A stretch of DNA of 64,000 nt from the human T2T-CHM13v2.0 reference genome, Homo sapiens. Under the pieces are notes generated by a model that worked only from the letters and a program-made list of their open reading frames with translations, did no database searches and was not told the origin of the DNA. Where the stretch lies: NCBI RefSeq assembly GCF_009914755.1, contig NC_060929.1. One strand, 5' to 3'. Shown here one piece after another: positions 25,554 to 38,409 of this stretch; positions within the stretch are counted from its first letter, which is position 1; every line of letters starts with the position of its first letter. A program made the translations under genes and the position numbers.

Positions 25554-25893
25554 CCAGAAATAAGACACCAAGCATCTTGACCACTGGCCAAGATTATCAA
25601 AAAAATTTTTGGTAGTGGGTTTTGGACCCCAGGACTCTTTTCTCTGAGTCCGAAGCCTCTGGTTCTCTCATGGCAGGGCAGGGCATGGTGCCCTGGAGCT
25701 TTCAGCCGCACTTCCCTGTTGCTGCCTTGACCACACCTTTCTTATGGCTCTGTCTTAATCCGTTGACACATCAAGGCCATTGCTTGAATCATAGGCTAAC
25801 ACACTGGGACAGGTTGCTACTGTGAATCACTTTATAAAATAAAGACACCTTTTATTTAAAAATTCCCAAGTTGATTTTTTGTTAATTCTCCAC

Positions 25894-26062
25894 CAGTGAT
25901 TTTCAACTATCTCTAAATCACTGACTGCTCTGAGAATGTAGTAAAAGCTACAGACTCTTGCCCTATAAAAGAGCACACACACACACAACAGGGCACACAA
26001 CTTTAGGTAGGGTTCATTTATCCCCCCAAGTCCTATCTAGAAACCTCAGGCTAGGAACCCCC
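25894..26062 (+). mobile_element. Charlie4z-like hAT element
   Basis: TGAGAATGTAGTAAAAGCTACAGACTCTTGCCC...CTCAGGCTAGGAACCCC resembles the Charlie4z consensus. Confidence 0.55.
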
Positions 26063-26246
26063 AACAAAAATGGCGATTATTTGGGTATATTCAAATTGGA
26101 AAACACCTACAAAATGCCATTGTCATCATTTACTAAAGGACAAGCTAAAAAAAGAAAGGGACAGAGCTTGGACATTATTCACCTGAAGTTTGTATATTTT
26201 AATCTTTATGCAGGCATCAATAATATTGCTTTTAAAACTCTTAGGA

Positions 26247-26601
<355 letters not shown>

Positions 26602-27070
26602 TTATTCTAATTTTTTAAGCAGTTCTATCTGGTGTCTCAAGGAGGGAGGAGGATTTGGAGATTACTTCAGCTGGAAGGAATAGCATTTGCCTAGCTGGAC
26701 AGGAACCAGGGGTCTGTCCCACATAGGACAAGGCTCTGCTCTCCACACAGGACAAGGATCTTCTAGGGGTGTTAACTGAGGGGGGCCAGTGGCAGGAGCT
26801 TGGCTTAGAATGGGAAAACAGATCAGAGACTTTAGCTCCATCCACGCAGTCCTACAGGGCTAACTCCAGGGCCCACTTGCAGAGAGGAGAACAGATTTTC
26901 AGGCAGAAGGTAAATGTTGAGCATCTTAGGATATTCTTGAGAGTCCTTTGCCCTCCTGGGAGATCTATCTGAGCTCTGTGCTTCTTGGCTTAAAGATAAT
27001 GTAACAGAGCTTTGCAGTCAGGCTAGGGTGAAAAGCCATCCTGGTTTGCCTGGTATTCTCCTGGTCTTAG

Positions 27071-28546
27071 TGAGATGTGACAACATGCTAGCAGCCCTTG
27101 CTTGCTCTCAGCACCTCCTCGGCCTCGGTGTCCACTCTGGCCATGCTTGAGGAGCCCTTCAGCCTGCCACTGCACTGTGGGAGCCCCTCTCTGGGCTGGC
27201 TGAGGCTGGAGCCAGCACCCTCAGCTTGCAGGGAGGTGTGGAGGGAGACGCACGGGCGGGAACCGGGGCTGCGCATGGCGCTCGCGAGCTAGCGCAAGTT
27301 CCAGGTGGTTGCGGGCTTGGCAGGCCTCGCATTCGGAGCAGCGGGCTGGCCCCAGGCAGTGAGGGGCTTAGCACCTGGGCCAGCAGCTGCGGAGGGTGCG
27401 CTGGGTCCCCCAGCAGTGCCGGCTCACTGACGCCACCCTCAAATAGCTCGAATTCTTGCCGGGCCTCAGCTGCCTCCCTGCAGGGCAGGGCTCGGGACCT
27501 GCAGTCCACCATGCCCGAGCCTCCCCCACCCCGTGGGCTCCCGGGGGACCTGAGCCTCCCCGACAGGCGCTGCCCCCTGCTCTGAGCGCAGGACTGGCAG
27601 GCAGCTCTGCCCGCAGCCCCGGCACAGGATCCACTAGGTGAAGCCAGCTGGGCTCCTGAGTCGAGTGGGGACTTGGAGAACTTTTATGTCTAGCTGGAGG
27701 ATTGTAAATGCACCAATCAGCACTCTGTATCTAGCTTGGGGTTCATGGATGCATCAGTCAGCACTCTGTGTCTAGCTAAAGGTTTGTAAACGCATCAATC
27801 AGTGCTCTGTGTCTAGCTAATCTAGTGTGGACTTGGAGAACTTTTATGTCTAGCTAGAGGATTGTAAATGCACCAATCAGCACTCTGTGTCTAGCTCAGG
27901 GATTGTAAATGCACCAATCAGCACTCTGTATCTACCTAAGGGTTTGTAAACGCACCAATCAGTGCTCTGCCTAGCTAATCTAGTGGGGATTTGGAGAACT
28001 TTTATGTCTAGCTAGAGGATTGTAAATGCATCAATCAGCACTCTGTGTCTAGCTCAGGGATTGTAAACACACCAATCAGCACCCTGTCAAAATGGACCAA
28101 TCAGCTCTCTGTAAAATGGACCAATCAGCTCTCTGTAAAATGAACCAATCAGCTGTCTGTAAAATGGACCAATCAGCAGGATGTGGGTGGGGCCAGATAA
28201 GGGAATAAAAGCAGGCTGCCCGAGCTAGCAGCAGCAACCTGCTGGGTCCTCTTCCACAGTGTGGTAGCTTTGTTCTTTTGCTTTTTGCAATAAATCTTGC
28301 TGTTCCTCACTGTTTGGGTCTGCGCTTCCTTTATGAGCTGTAACGCTCACTGCGAAGGTCTACAGCTTCACTCCTGAAGCCAGCGAGACCACTAACCCAC
28401 CAGAAGGAAGCAACTCCGAACGCATCCAAACATCAGAATAACAAACTCCAGGCACACCATCTTTAAGAAGGGTAACACTCACCGCGAGGGTCCGTGGCTT
28501 CATTCCTGAAGTCAGCCATACCAAGAAACCACCAATTTCCGACACA
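27071..28546 (+). mobile_element. ERV9 solo LTR (LTR12 family, LTR12D/E-like)
   Basis: TGAGATGTGACAAC start, GC-rich U3, tandem TCTAGCT...TGTAAATGCACCAATCAGCACTCTG repeats, end CCAATTTCCGACACA; 4-bp TSD TTAG at 27067-27070 and 28547-28550. Confidence 0.95.
27660..28210 (+). promoter_or_regulatory. LTR12 enhancer repeats and promoter (NF-Y/CCAAT array, GATA, TATA-like AATAAAA)
   Basis: CCAAT at 27713, 27873, 27914, 27955, 28072, 28097, 28121, 28145 and 28169; AGATAA 28195-28200; AATAAAA 28204-28210; R-region AATAAA 28289-28294. Confidence 0.75.
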
Positions 28547-28619
28547 TTAGCATTACAAGTCCTGCATCTGAAGAAACTCCTCAGTCTTAGGCAAGCCAGT
28601 ACGGTGGGTTACCTGACTT

Positions 28620-28790
28620 GAATTGGGTTCTGTACCTCACTAACCATGTGACGTTGGGCAAGAGGTTAAATCTCTCCAAGCTCAAGTTTCCACTTCTGTA
28701 AAATAAAGACAACACCCATATGTTTCAGGGTTCTCATGAAAATTACATTAGAGACAATGCATGTTAAATGACAATGCATGTTAATTTGCA
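28620..28790 (+). mobile_element. MIR
   Basis: CACTAACCATGTGACGTTGGGCAAG...CTCAAGTTTCCACTTCTGTAAAAT. Confidence 0.75.
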
Positions 28791-29034
28791 GGCAGGCAGT
28801 AAGGAGAATGGCAATCTATTACTGCTGCTGTTATGACCGGAAGGCCAGGCTCTGGCAGTTATTCAGTGCTACTGAAATTCCTGCAATTCTCTCCTCCCTT
28901 GTCCTCTAGAGCCTGTAGGGCGACAATCATATGCCCCAAATCCAAAATTAGTTATCAGGAGTAGGAGGACAGCCTCATGATAAAAAGGTGATGCAGGTGA
29001 AGCCAGTTCTTTTTCTTTTTTTTTTTTTTTTTTT

Positions 29035-29411
29035 GGTATTTAATGGACTTACAATTTATTGGCTTTGTGATGGTATAAAAGTGATACACATTCAGTCGAC
29101 ATTGTAGTTAAAATTTTGAGTTTTGATCTTTTCTGAGGCTAGCAGTATGCTTCATGATCTTTCTTGTGGTGCTGGGCAGCAGCAGTGAGTTGCAGCTCCG
29201 AATCAGCCATGATATCATGAGGGTAAATAACCAGTACTCTGCAGTGTACTCTGTACCAGATGATTTTGTCCAACTGTAGGCTAATGTAAGTTCTGAACAC
29301 CTTTAAGATATGCTAGGTTAAGCTAGGATGTTCAGTAGGTTAGGTGTATTAAATACGTTTTTGACTTATGATATTTATCAAGACATAACCTCATTGTAAG
29401 TTAAGCAGCAT
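29035..29411 (-). mobile_element. MER47B (Tigger family), termini incomplete
   Basis: GCTGGGCAGCAGCAGTGAGTTGCAGCTCC, CCAGATGATTTTGTCCAACTGTAGGCTAATGTAAG and GTTAGGTGTATTAAATAC. Confidence 0.8.
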
Positions 29412-29794
29412 AAAAAAAGAAAAAAATTCACCATTTTACTATCTTCGACAGTGAACAAGAGAGCTACTACTTAGGAAAAATTTTAAGCCCAAATGCTTAA
29501 ATGTATTGGCATAGCTTTTGGGGGGATTACCTTGCAATTATTTTAAATGCTCTTCTTTCTTCAAAGAAAAAGCGCAAACGGTATTTATAAAGCACATTGC
29601 CATTTAGTAAAGCTCCTTCCTCAAAGAAATTAGGTGATTTCAGTCACCGTATGTGGTTTGAGTCCATCTAAGTATAAACATTTCTAGTAAATTAGTACCC
29701 TTGTTTTGTAAAAAGCACAAGGCAAAGCCGGTTCTTAACTCTCCTCTTCTGAATCTTTTTTCTTTCTCCTACCCCTCCTTCAACCTCCTCACAG

Positions 29795-29888
29795 ATACCT
29801 CAAGTTCCCACGTCTTCTACCTCAAAATTTGCCCTGAAGAAAGGGGTTAAGTGTCGTTTGTACTTGGAGTGATTTAAAAGAGACTCCT
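29795..29888 (+). other. Candidate non-coding exon (94 nt)
   Basis: AG-free pyrimidine tract of about 65 nt with a CTTAAC branch-like motif, acceptor CACAG|, donor CCT|GTAAGT; no transcript evidence available. Confidence 0.35.
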
Positions 29889-30086
29889 GTAAGTGTCTGC
29901 ATTTTAAATCTCTTGTCTTGTAGACGAAAGGTTTTGTCTCTCATTAAAGGAAATTCACACACTACAGAGGTTGACTCTTTGGTGGCTATATCAGTTCAGC
30001 TAGGTTCAGCTGCCCATGTGAGCAAATATAAAATCATAGCAATTTAATCAAGATGGAGGTTTCTTTCTGTCACATATAAGGGCAGG

Positions 30087-30461
30087 TATATTAGTGCATT
30101 CTCATGCTACTATAAAGAAATACTCGAGACTGGGTAATTTATAAAGGAGAGAAGTTTAATTGACTCGCAGCTCTGCATGGCAGAGGAGGCCTCAGGAAAC
30201 TTACAGTCATGGTGGAAGGGGAAGCAGGCATGTCTCATATCGCAGCAGGAGAGAGAGAGTGTGTGTGAAGGAGAAACTGTCAGGCACTTACAAAACCATC
30301 AGATTTTATGAGAACTCACTCAGTATCATGAGAACAGCATGAAGGAAACTGCTCCCGTGAGCCAATCACCTCCCACCTGATCCCTCCCTCCACACATGGG
30401 GATTATGAGGATTACAATTCAAGATGAGATTTGGGTGGGGACACAGAGCCAAACCATATCA
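30087..30461 (-). mobile_element. THE1 solo LTR (THE1D-like)
   Basis: GAGACTGGGTAATTTATAAAG...GAGATTTGGGTGGGGACACAGAGCCAAACCATATCA; 5-bp TSD GCAGG at 30082-30086 and 30462-30466. Confidence 0.92.
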
Positions 30462-30664
30462 GCAGGTGCGGCAGTTTCACAGCCATCACCCCTGACATGA
30501 ACCATTGCATCTTCAGTCTTTCTCTCCTTCTATCTTACTGTTGACATCCTTCTGGAAGGTCACTTCCTGTTCCAAGAAGACTGCTGAAGCTGCAATCATG
30601 GTAGGTCATTTAAGACCATAAGAAAGGGAAGCTGAAAGGGGGCAGAGGAATACCTGCTGACTGA

Positions 30665-30998
<334 letters not shown>

Positions 30999-32491
30999 TG
31001 AGTTAGCATTCTTTAAGCAGCCTTTCCCAAAGCCCATGAAACACTTAGGTTTGTGTCTCATTGGCCAGAGCTTAATGACGTGGTCACCACTAGCTGCCAA
31101 TGATTTTGAAAAACATATTCTCCTCTGGGTGAATTTCAGCCTTACATAAAATCTGGCTCCAGACACTAAGGGAGAAAGAGAGAATGCATGTAGAAAATAC
31201 AGCAAATGGTCAGCTGTCACTGGTGAAAGCTTCTGTTTCCCTGGATGTTGGTTGATAAGTGACATGAGGCCAGGATCACTATAGCTGAAGATCTTTCTGT
31301 CCCTCAATGCTGGTGAGCAGCCCCACATGGAAGCACTTCTCGGGGACTAATAAAATAATGAAGAGAGTTTTGCTAGTATTGGAGAAGTTTGGGTTCAATT
31401 ATTAGCCAAAGGATCTGATGTCCAAAGTATGTTCTGTCTCAAGATTTAAAAACTTTATGTAGTCTTTTTACATATAAGAGAGTTTAATAATTCATATATT
31501 TTCTTAAGATTCTATTTACAGTTTCTTACTTGCTATTCAACTGCATAATGAAATTAACTTCTTAAGAAGTTAAGGACTTATGGGACTCTTAAGAACAGAG
31601 GTTATTTCCGTTCCAACATTTATTGATCATGACTCACACGGGAAATATGAAATGACCAATGAACCTTCAGCTCATGATTTAGAATTAGTAATATAGTGGT
31701 AGCTGATTGCTGAGTGAAAAATAAATCTTATGGGACAATTTCTAGCATGTCCAACAAACAGTAAATCATTTCAACTTAGTTGCGAGGTACAAACAGGAGC
31801 TAGAATTTCTCAGCTAACTTTGCATGGTGTGGGTACAATCCATACAGTACTGAACCTGGCCCCAAATATGCTCTTCTGATTCTTCTTCCATGGATACATG
31901 ATTCTCTCTAACATTGAGGTTTCATCTAGAAGTACAGGCAACAAACTAAAACATCCTTACAGCTAAAAATAGCGATGAGAAGTAAGTGCCAGAGTTGGCT
32001 CCACAAGTACAGCAGCTCTGACTCATGAGGAAAGCACCACTAGATATTTCAGTCTGATTGACCGGAAAGAGAGTAGGAAACCTTAAGCGCCCTCAAGAGC
32101 TTCTACTTAATAAAGGAAAACATTGAAAACAAAGCAAAGTATTGGGTATATTCATTTTAAACTGAAAAACGGAATGGACAGGCCTTTTTGTCAACGGAGA
32201 AAAGAGAATTTTGAAAAATACAAGCAGTTGCCATTTCTTTGTCCATCCTTTGTGAAGCCCTCTAGAAGGAGACGGTATGTGGGTAGCATCAACAATAGTG
32301 GCTACAATACATTATGTTGATGGAGAAGGAGTGCTTAGTGCTGGCTGCCTTCTGGCTCAAAGCAGTCATGTCCACTTGTGTCATTTAGTGGAATGCCTCA
32401 TGATATGAGGAATAGAAATCGTTTTCCCGCCACAAATCGATTGTATGTCTTGTATTTCATAAATTACGTCATATCCAATGTACCTCAATAA

Positions 32492-32789
<298 letters not shown>

Positions 32790-33009
32790 TCAATAATTTT
32801 AATAACCTGATACCCTTTTCTGTCCTCTGCTGTGATTGTGTCTTAGTGACAGGTCACAAACTCTAAAACACAATAATGGCATTTTTTTTTCCATGAGTTC
32901 AAAAGCAACCTGTTAAGTGAACATTAAAGCCACCTGCCACTGCTAAATTCATAACATGAATACATGGGCATGAGCATGGAGCCCTTGAATTTATTCTTTC
33001 AAAAGCCAA

Positions 33010-33210
33010 TAATAATAATAGCTGCCCAGCAAATTGCCCAGTTTGAGCCCGGACACTCTACAGATACCTTTACATTCATATTCTTATTTAATTTTAAGGG
33101 AGCATTTACATCATTTTTCAGAAGGGGAGAGTGAAGATTATGGTCTTACAAATATTAAGTGCCAGTGTCATTTAAATCTGGGTCTGTCTGAATTCAATCC
33201 CAGACCCTTT
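33010..33210 (-). mobile_element. MIR (degenerate)
   Basis: AATAATAATAGCTGCC...TTTAAATCTGGGTCTGTCTGAATTCAA. Confidence 0.5.
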
Positions 33211-33340
33211 GCTCCTGTTTGCCTCATGAAGGTTGAAATTCCTTTCTCCTCTGACATTATTTTAGCATACCTTATTGGAAGAAAAGGGGAGACATGTTGG
33301 GGGTTTTTTATTTTAGGATTATAATAATTTTGTTAATTTC

Positions 33341-33620
33341 TTTTTCCAAAACAGTGCCTTGCTCTGTTTCCCAGTGGCACAATCACAAGCTCACTGCAGC
33401 TTCAACCTCCCAGGCTCAAGTGATCCTCCTGCCTCAGCTTCCCATCTGGCTGCAACCACAGGTGCATGCCACTACACCTGGCTATTTTTTTTTTATTTCA
33501 TGTAGAGATGAGATCTTGCCATGTTGCCCAGGCTGGTCTCAAACTCCGAGACTCAAGCGATCCTCCCACCTCACCTTCCCAAAGTGCTAGGATTATAGGT
33601 GGGAGCCACTGTGCCTGGCC
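33341..33620 (-). mobile_element. AluJ
   Basis: CTCACTGCAGCTTCAACCTCCCAGGCTCAAGTGATCCTCC and TCTTGCCATGTTGCCCAGGCTGG J-type diagnostics. Confidence 0.9.
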
Positions 33621-34881
33621 AATTGTGTTAATTTTTAAATGAAATCTAAGCTATGTTATTTTGGCCAGATCTAAGTAGCACTCAAAGTGTTCTGCACATC
33701 TTTCTAGATTATAACTGGACCTATCTTTTATCCATGTGCTACACCAGGGCACTCCACAAATGTTTTCAGTGTAATGAGAAAATAACCACAACTAATTCAA
33801 GGGAACAGTGTTCTGATACCCACTCTGTGTTATGGTGTTTGGGGGGTTTGCTTTTGGTTTTGTCTACGCACACCTCACTATGGGAAAGAAGCAACTATCC
33901 TTAGACAGTAGAGTGTTTCAACACGCTAAGCACATGGCATTGAACAAGTTTAGAAGAGTCTGGGAAAATACGGTGAATAGTGTGATTCCAATCTTGCAAG
34001 TGTGTGTGTGCACACACAAACTAACATGTCCAGTTTGTTTTATAATATATGCATGTAATGATCTGGAAGGAATTATAGCAGAATTATAACAATGGTTACC
34101 ACTGAATGTTAGGAATATTTTTCTTTTTCCTTTTTGCTTCCTTCTAAATTGTGCTAAAATAAATGAGTACTGCTAATATAATGCCCCACAAAAATAATAT
34201 TTTTAATGGGCATGAAAATTCTCAAAGCAAAGAATGGGTGGCTGGGGGCACTGTCACGTGTCATGAGGCTTCTTAGCATTGCACCCATCCCTTGTTTATG
34301 AATGTGGCCATTAACAATAAAGAGGTATCTCTTTGCCAATTTTTCATTAGCTGGAAAGATAAACTGGTCTCAATAAAACAATAAAGCCAACAGGTTTCCC
34401 ATAGGGCATTACTATGAACCAGCGCCATTTAATAAGCAAATATTCTCATTCTGTTTGTGTAGCTTTGTGTTTGTGTTTCCTTTGTGCAAGGATTGTTACT
34501 AGAGATAAGAAATCAAGGCATCATTTTGGTTATTTATTTCCATGGCAACACGTGGATTCAAGTAAGTGTCCTTGGCATTGTTGCTATTTGTTGTGTGCAA
34601 TTTTTACAGACATATGACTCTTCTAAGTAAGAAAGGTTAATTCCCTGTGATGATGCCTTATTTGGGTGTAAATATTTGAGGCAGAAACAAGGTGCACTTT
34701 TGGCTCTTTGAACTCACATTAATATCCATAATTCTGTGAGCAGCAATAAAGAGTGCCAGTACACTGCAAAGATCATTTTTTTCATGACAATTTTCTCTCA
34801 AAGGGTCACAAAACAAACATCTGTTTAGGACTACTAGTTAGTATAGAGTGTGACAATAATGATGTTTCTTGTTAAATTTTA

Positions 34882-34932
34882 TTCTCTCTCTTTCTCTCTC
34901 CCTCTCTCTGTCTCTCTCTCTCTCTGTCTCTC
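34882..34932. repeat. Imperfect (TC)n microsatellite
   Basis: Directly visible. Confidence 0.85.
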
Positions 34933-35379
34933 ATACGCACACTTAGAAAGTAGAATATGAATTTCCCCTTTATCTTTACTGAACTGGAATAGACCAAAAT
35001 TGTGTCCAAAATGTTTTCTTGTAATGTTTTCTAGATAAATACCTGAAACTAGCAGCGAAATTGTATAGAAAGCTAGGAGGCAGAATTCTGTTCCCAATTT
35101 TGCCACCATATCTGGAGTCTTGGGCATTTCCCCTATCCTCTCTGTGCTTCCAGTTTCTCATCAGTGAAATGACCTAAGCTCATAAAAGGGAAACCAATTT
35201 TAAAGAAGAGTGAAAAGCTGTAACATTCCTTAGCAAAGGTTGCTATTGTATGCAAAATGTACTAGAAATGAAAGTGACATAATACAAAATTGCATTTTGT
35301 TTTTATTTCTTTTTAGTCCCTTTTGGGTGCATAATACAGAATCTGTCTTGGGAAGGACAGATGGCTGACAGCCCCGGTT

Positions 35380-35750
35380 GCAGCTTCGTTGGATGCACTG
35401 CAGTTTTTGTGCTGAGGTCATACTTGTCATACTTTTCCTGTCTGCTGCCTGTCACCGGCTGAGCATGGTGAAGGTAGCAGTGCAGGCCTATCCCTGCCCC
35501 TTGCAAGACACTTCCAATGCGAACTCACTCCTCCTGGACTCCCCATCAACCCAGCTGAGACGTCCAGAACTGCCTGCAGTCTGAGACCCCTGACCAGTCT
35601 TCCTCCCATCCTCCTCAGGAGTCAGGCCTGCATTGTAGTCTGAAGGCCGTGTCCGCCTTGTCCTCCCTCTTCCCCTTTATCCTCCACGGGCACTTTCCCC
35701 TAATAAATCTCTGGCATATCTAATCTCATCCTGGCATCTGCTTCTCCAAT
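35380..35750 (+). mobile_element. ERVL LTR (LTR16-type)
   Basis: 3' end CCCCTAATAAATCTCTGGCATATCTAATCTCATCCTGGCATCTGCTTCTC resembles LTR16-family ends. Confidence 0.6.
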
Positions 35751-35859
35751 AAGGACTGATGCACTGAGGAAGAGAACCTACATGAGAACCTGAGCTCACA
35801 CTAGTGCAAGGGGCCTGTAGCCTTTGGAGGACAGATCAGAGATCAGGCTGTCCTTTTTC

Positions 35860-36491
35860 CTGTGCTACCACCAATGGCCAAGGCACCATCATTGTCCACC
35901 ATGATGACCTGATTCCCCTGCTGCCTCTCTTACTCCCGAGGGTGATTAAAACAAAGCATTAAATTAGGTAAGGTCCTCTCTCATCTACAGCTTCCCATCA
36001 CTCTTGAAACATCATATGAATGCACCATAACTGACACAGGCCTCTTGGTCTGGATGCTGCTCCACCCTCCATCCTCATTCCTCCTGCCCTCCCTCTTCCT
36101 CACTTGGGCCTGCTTTGCCTTCAAATGCATGGATGCGCTCCCTCCTGGCAGTGTCAGTGTCCTGTTTCCTGATTCCTCTGATGAAGCCCCACCTCCTCCC
36201 ATCTTCTCAGGACTGCTTATTGTCAGGGTCAGAGCCCAGATCCAACATCCCTGCCAGGGAGGGTCTCCCTAACCACTTTCCACAAAGCCCCTTGCTTCCA
36301 GCCATTCTTACCATGTTACCATTTAATTTTCTTCGTGACAGTTTTTCTCCAATGCTATCTAGATTGCTGTCCTCCGCTAAAATTAAACAAAGCAGAAACT
36401 ATGTTATCAGGAGCCCTGTCCTTCCATCGCCGAGGCCTGGGACAGTACCCACGCACAGCAAGAGCTCCATCAACATTTGTTAAATAAATGA
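35860..36491 (+). mobile_element. L2 3' fragment
   Basis: Ends CCTGGGACAGTACCCACGCACAGCAAGAGCTCCATCAACATTTGTTAAATAAATGA. Confidence 0.7.
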
Positions 36492-36739
36492 GGTCTGGCA
36501 GAGTTTGACGGCAGGTTTATGATATAAGCTCTATCCTTTATCTTTGCTACACAATTTTCAGTAAATTCTGCATTGCTTTCTAATATTTTTACCATGAATA
36601 TTTTGTTTGGGAGAATACAAATAAGTATACAGACATCATTCTAAAGTCAGCTCACAGGGAAACAAAGAATATGTGGGAACAGCTACATGTCAAGGTTAAA
36701 AATGCATGAGAAACTGGGAAACAATTGAAATAGCATTCC

Positions 36740-36940
36740 AGGAGGCAGTATTGCAGAATGAGGAAGATAGGAGTCCAATGGCTCCATTCAACTTTGAGGT
36801 CTACCACAACATAGTTGTGATTTTCAACTAGTTACTTCGTACCTCTTAGCACACATTTCTTAACAGGCAAGATGAGAACAATATATGCTTTGCCTACTCT
36901 AGAGGGTGATTATGAAAGTTTTTGAGAAAGTGTCTACAAC
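36740..36940 (+). mobile_element. MIR (degenerate)
   Basis: GAGGCAGTATTGCAGAATG...TGCCTACTCTAGAGGGTGATTATGAAAG. Confidence 0.5.
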
Positions 36941-38409
36941 TCTGCAGAAGGCGAAAATTTTGGACAGCAGAGTTTTCCAAAGAGTCAATTTTGGGCTATT
37001 TAAAAGACCTTTTATGTAAAATGACCCCCTTGACCATGATCATGACCTTTTATTTTCATAAATAATGGTGATGTTACATATAACTTTTTCTCTCTCAAAT
37101 ACCATTATCTGGCAAAATACAAAGTCAGACATTTTTTGATAATTTTACTAGTCTGTGAAACCTAAAAATTTGGGATCCACCTTGTGAAAAATCTTAGAAA
37201 GCTATAAAAATGTAAAAAACTGTGTTGTTCCAATTTTCTTAAGAGGAGAATACTTCCTTAACAAACTCCTGTTTACGGAAAGAAAGGTTTGCTCAGTGCA
37301 CAGAAATATAAATGTCTTTACACTCTCCTGGACTTGTGTGATTTATGAGGAGGAAGATGAGAGAAGGAGAGGAACCTAGATAGGTAATTGGTTCTTCACG
37401 TCCCTTGGAAACTACTGGAAGGCATTAGAAAATTTTCAAGTCCTATCCCTTAGAAGCCCAGAGTTTCATAGTCACAAAGTAAACCCTCCAGGTGAAACCT
37501 GCCTTTATTTGCCATGCTTTCATTTTCATTTCGCTAGTCATGTGCCTTACCCTACAAAGTGAAGGCAGAATATTTGTTGCTCCGTTGATTGACATCTGTG
37601 ATTCTGTTGTAGAAACAGAATGTTTGTTGAATGTGGAAATAAATGCCACCCTCTCTTATACAAACATTTAGAAAGGAAATACAGTAAATCCTTTTAAATA
37701 TTGTTTGTTAAGCATCCTTTTAAAGTGCTGTTTCAGTGAAGAAAAACTTTACTTAATCATCTGCTTATCATTCACCACACAAAGGCCTCTTTTGTAATGG
37801 CATGCATGGAAAAGTTTGATAACTTATTAAAAATGCCCTATGGAGGAAAAAAGGTTAATAAATATATAACTTTAGCAGGTCAGACACTGCCCTATGGCCA
37901 AAATGTTTGGTATTCAAAAGAAAATGCCAGCATCTTGCTACTCAGACTTCTGAGCAAGAATGGCAATAATGAGTTCAACTCTTCTATAAACACACAGCAT
38001 TCACATTGTGTAGATGAACTCAGCAAAGTTTACATTTATACATGACAATAACCCTAAAGTCCTTGAAACGTGCCCTAATAACACATGCAACATTAAAAAT
38101 AGGAGAAAATTTAGAAAGTATCTAACCAACCTCCTTGTTTTAAGAATCTGGGGGGCTGGGTGACATAGTTAAAAGTATCTGGGCTTAGAGCCAGCCAGAC
38201 AGATCTGCCCCAAGCTTGTCTCTGCCATTTGCTAGCTATAAGGTCCTTAAGCGACATTCACCACTTACCACCACCCACCCCTACCTCCTCATCAGTGAAG
38301 GGAGGATAATAATAGTCAGAGATCATCTAAGTCACAGATATGTGGCTTTTGCAAAGTTACCAAATTAGTTTAACCTTCAGAACCCAAATTAGGAAGCAAG
38401 TATGGATGT

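Larger units (their letters stand above)
27025..28614 (+). mobile_element. MER94 (hAT-Blackjack) split by LTR12 (halves 27025-27070 and 28547-28614)
   Basis: AGGGTGAAAAGCCATCCTGGTTTGCCTGG...CTGGTCTTAG | TTAGCATTACAAGTCCTGCATC...GGCAAGCCAGTACGGTGGGTTACCT rejoin into one MER94. Confidence 0.8.

Noticed and set aside
27088-27641. Cluster of GC-rich ORFs, or a CpG-island gene promoter
   Set aside because: It lies entirely within LTR12 U3; GC-rich sequence has few stop codons
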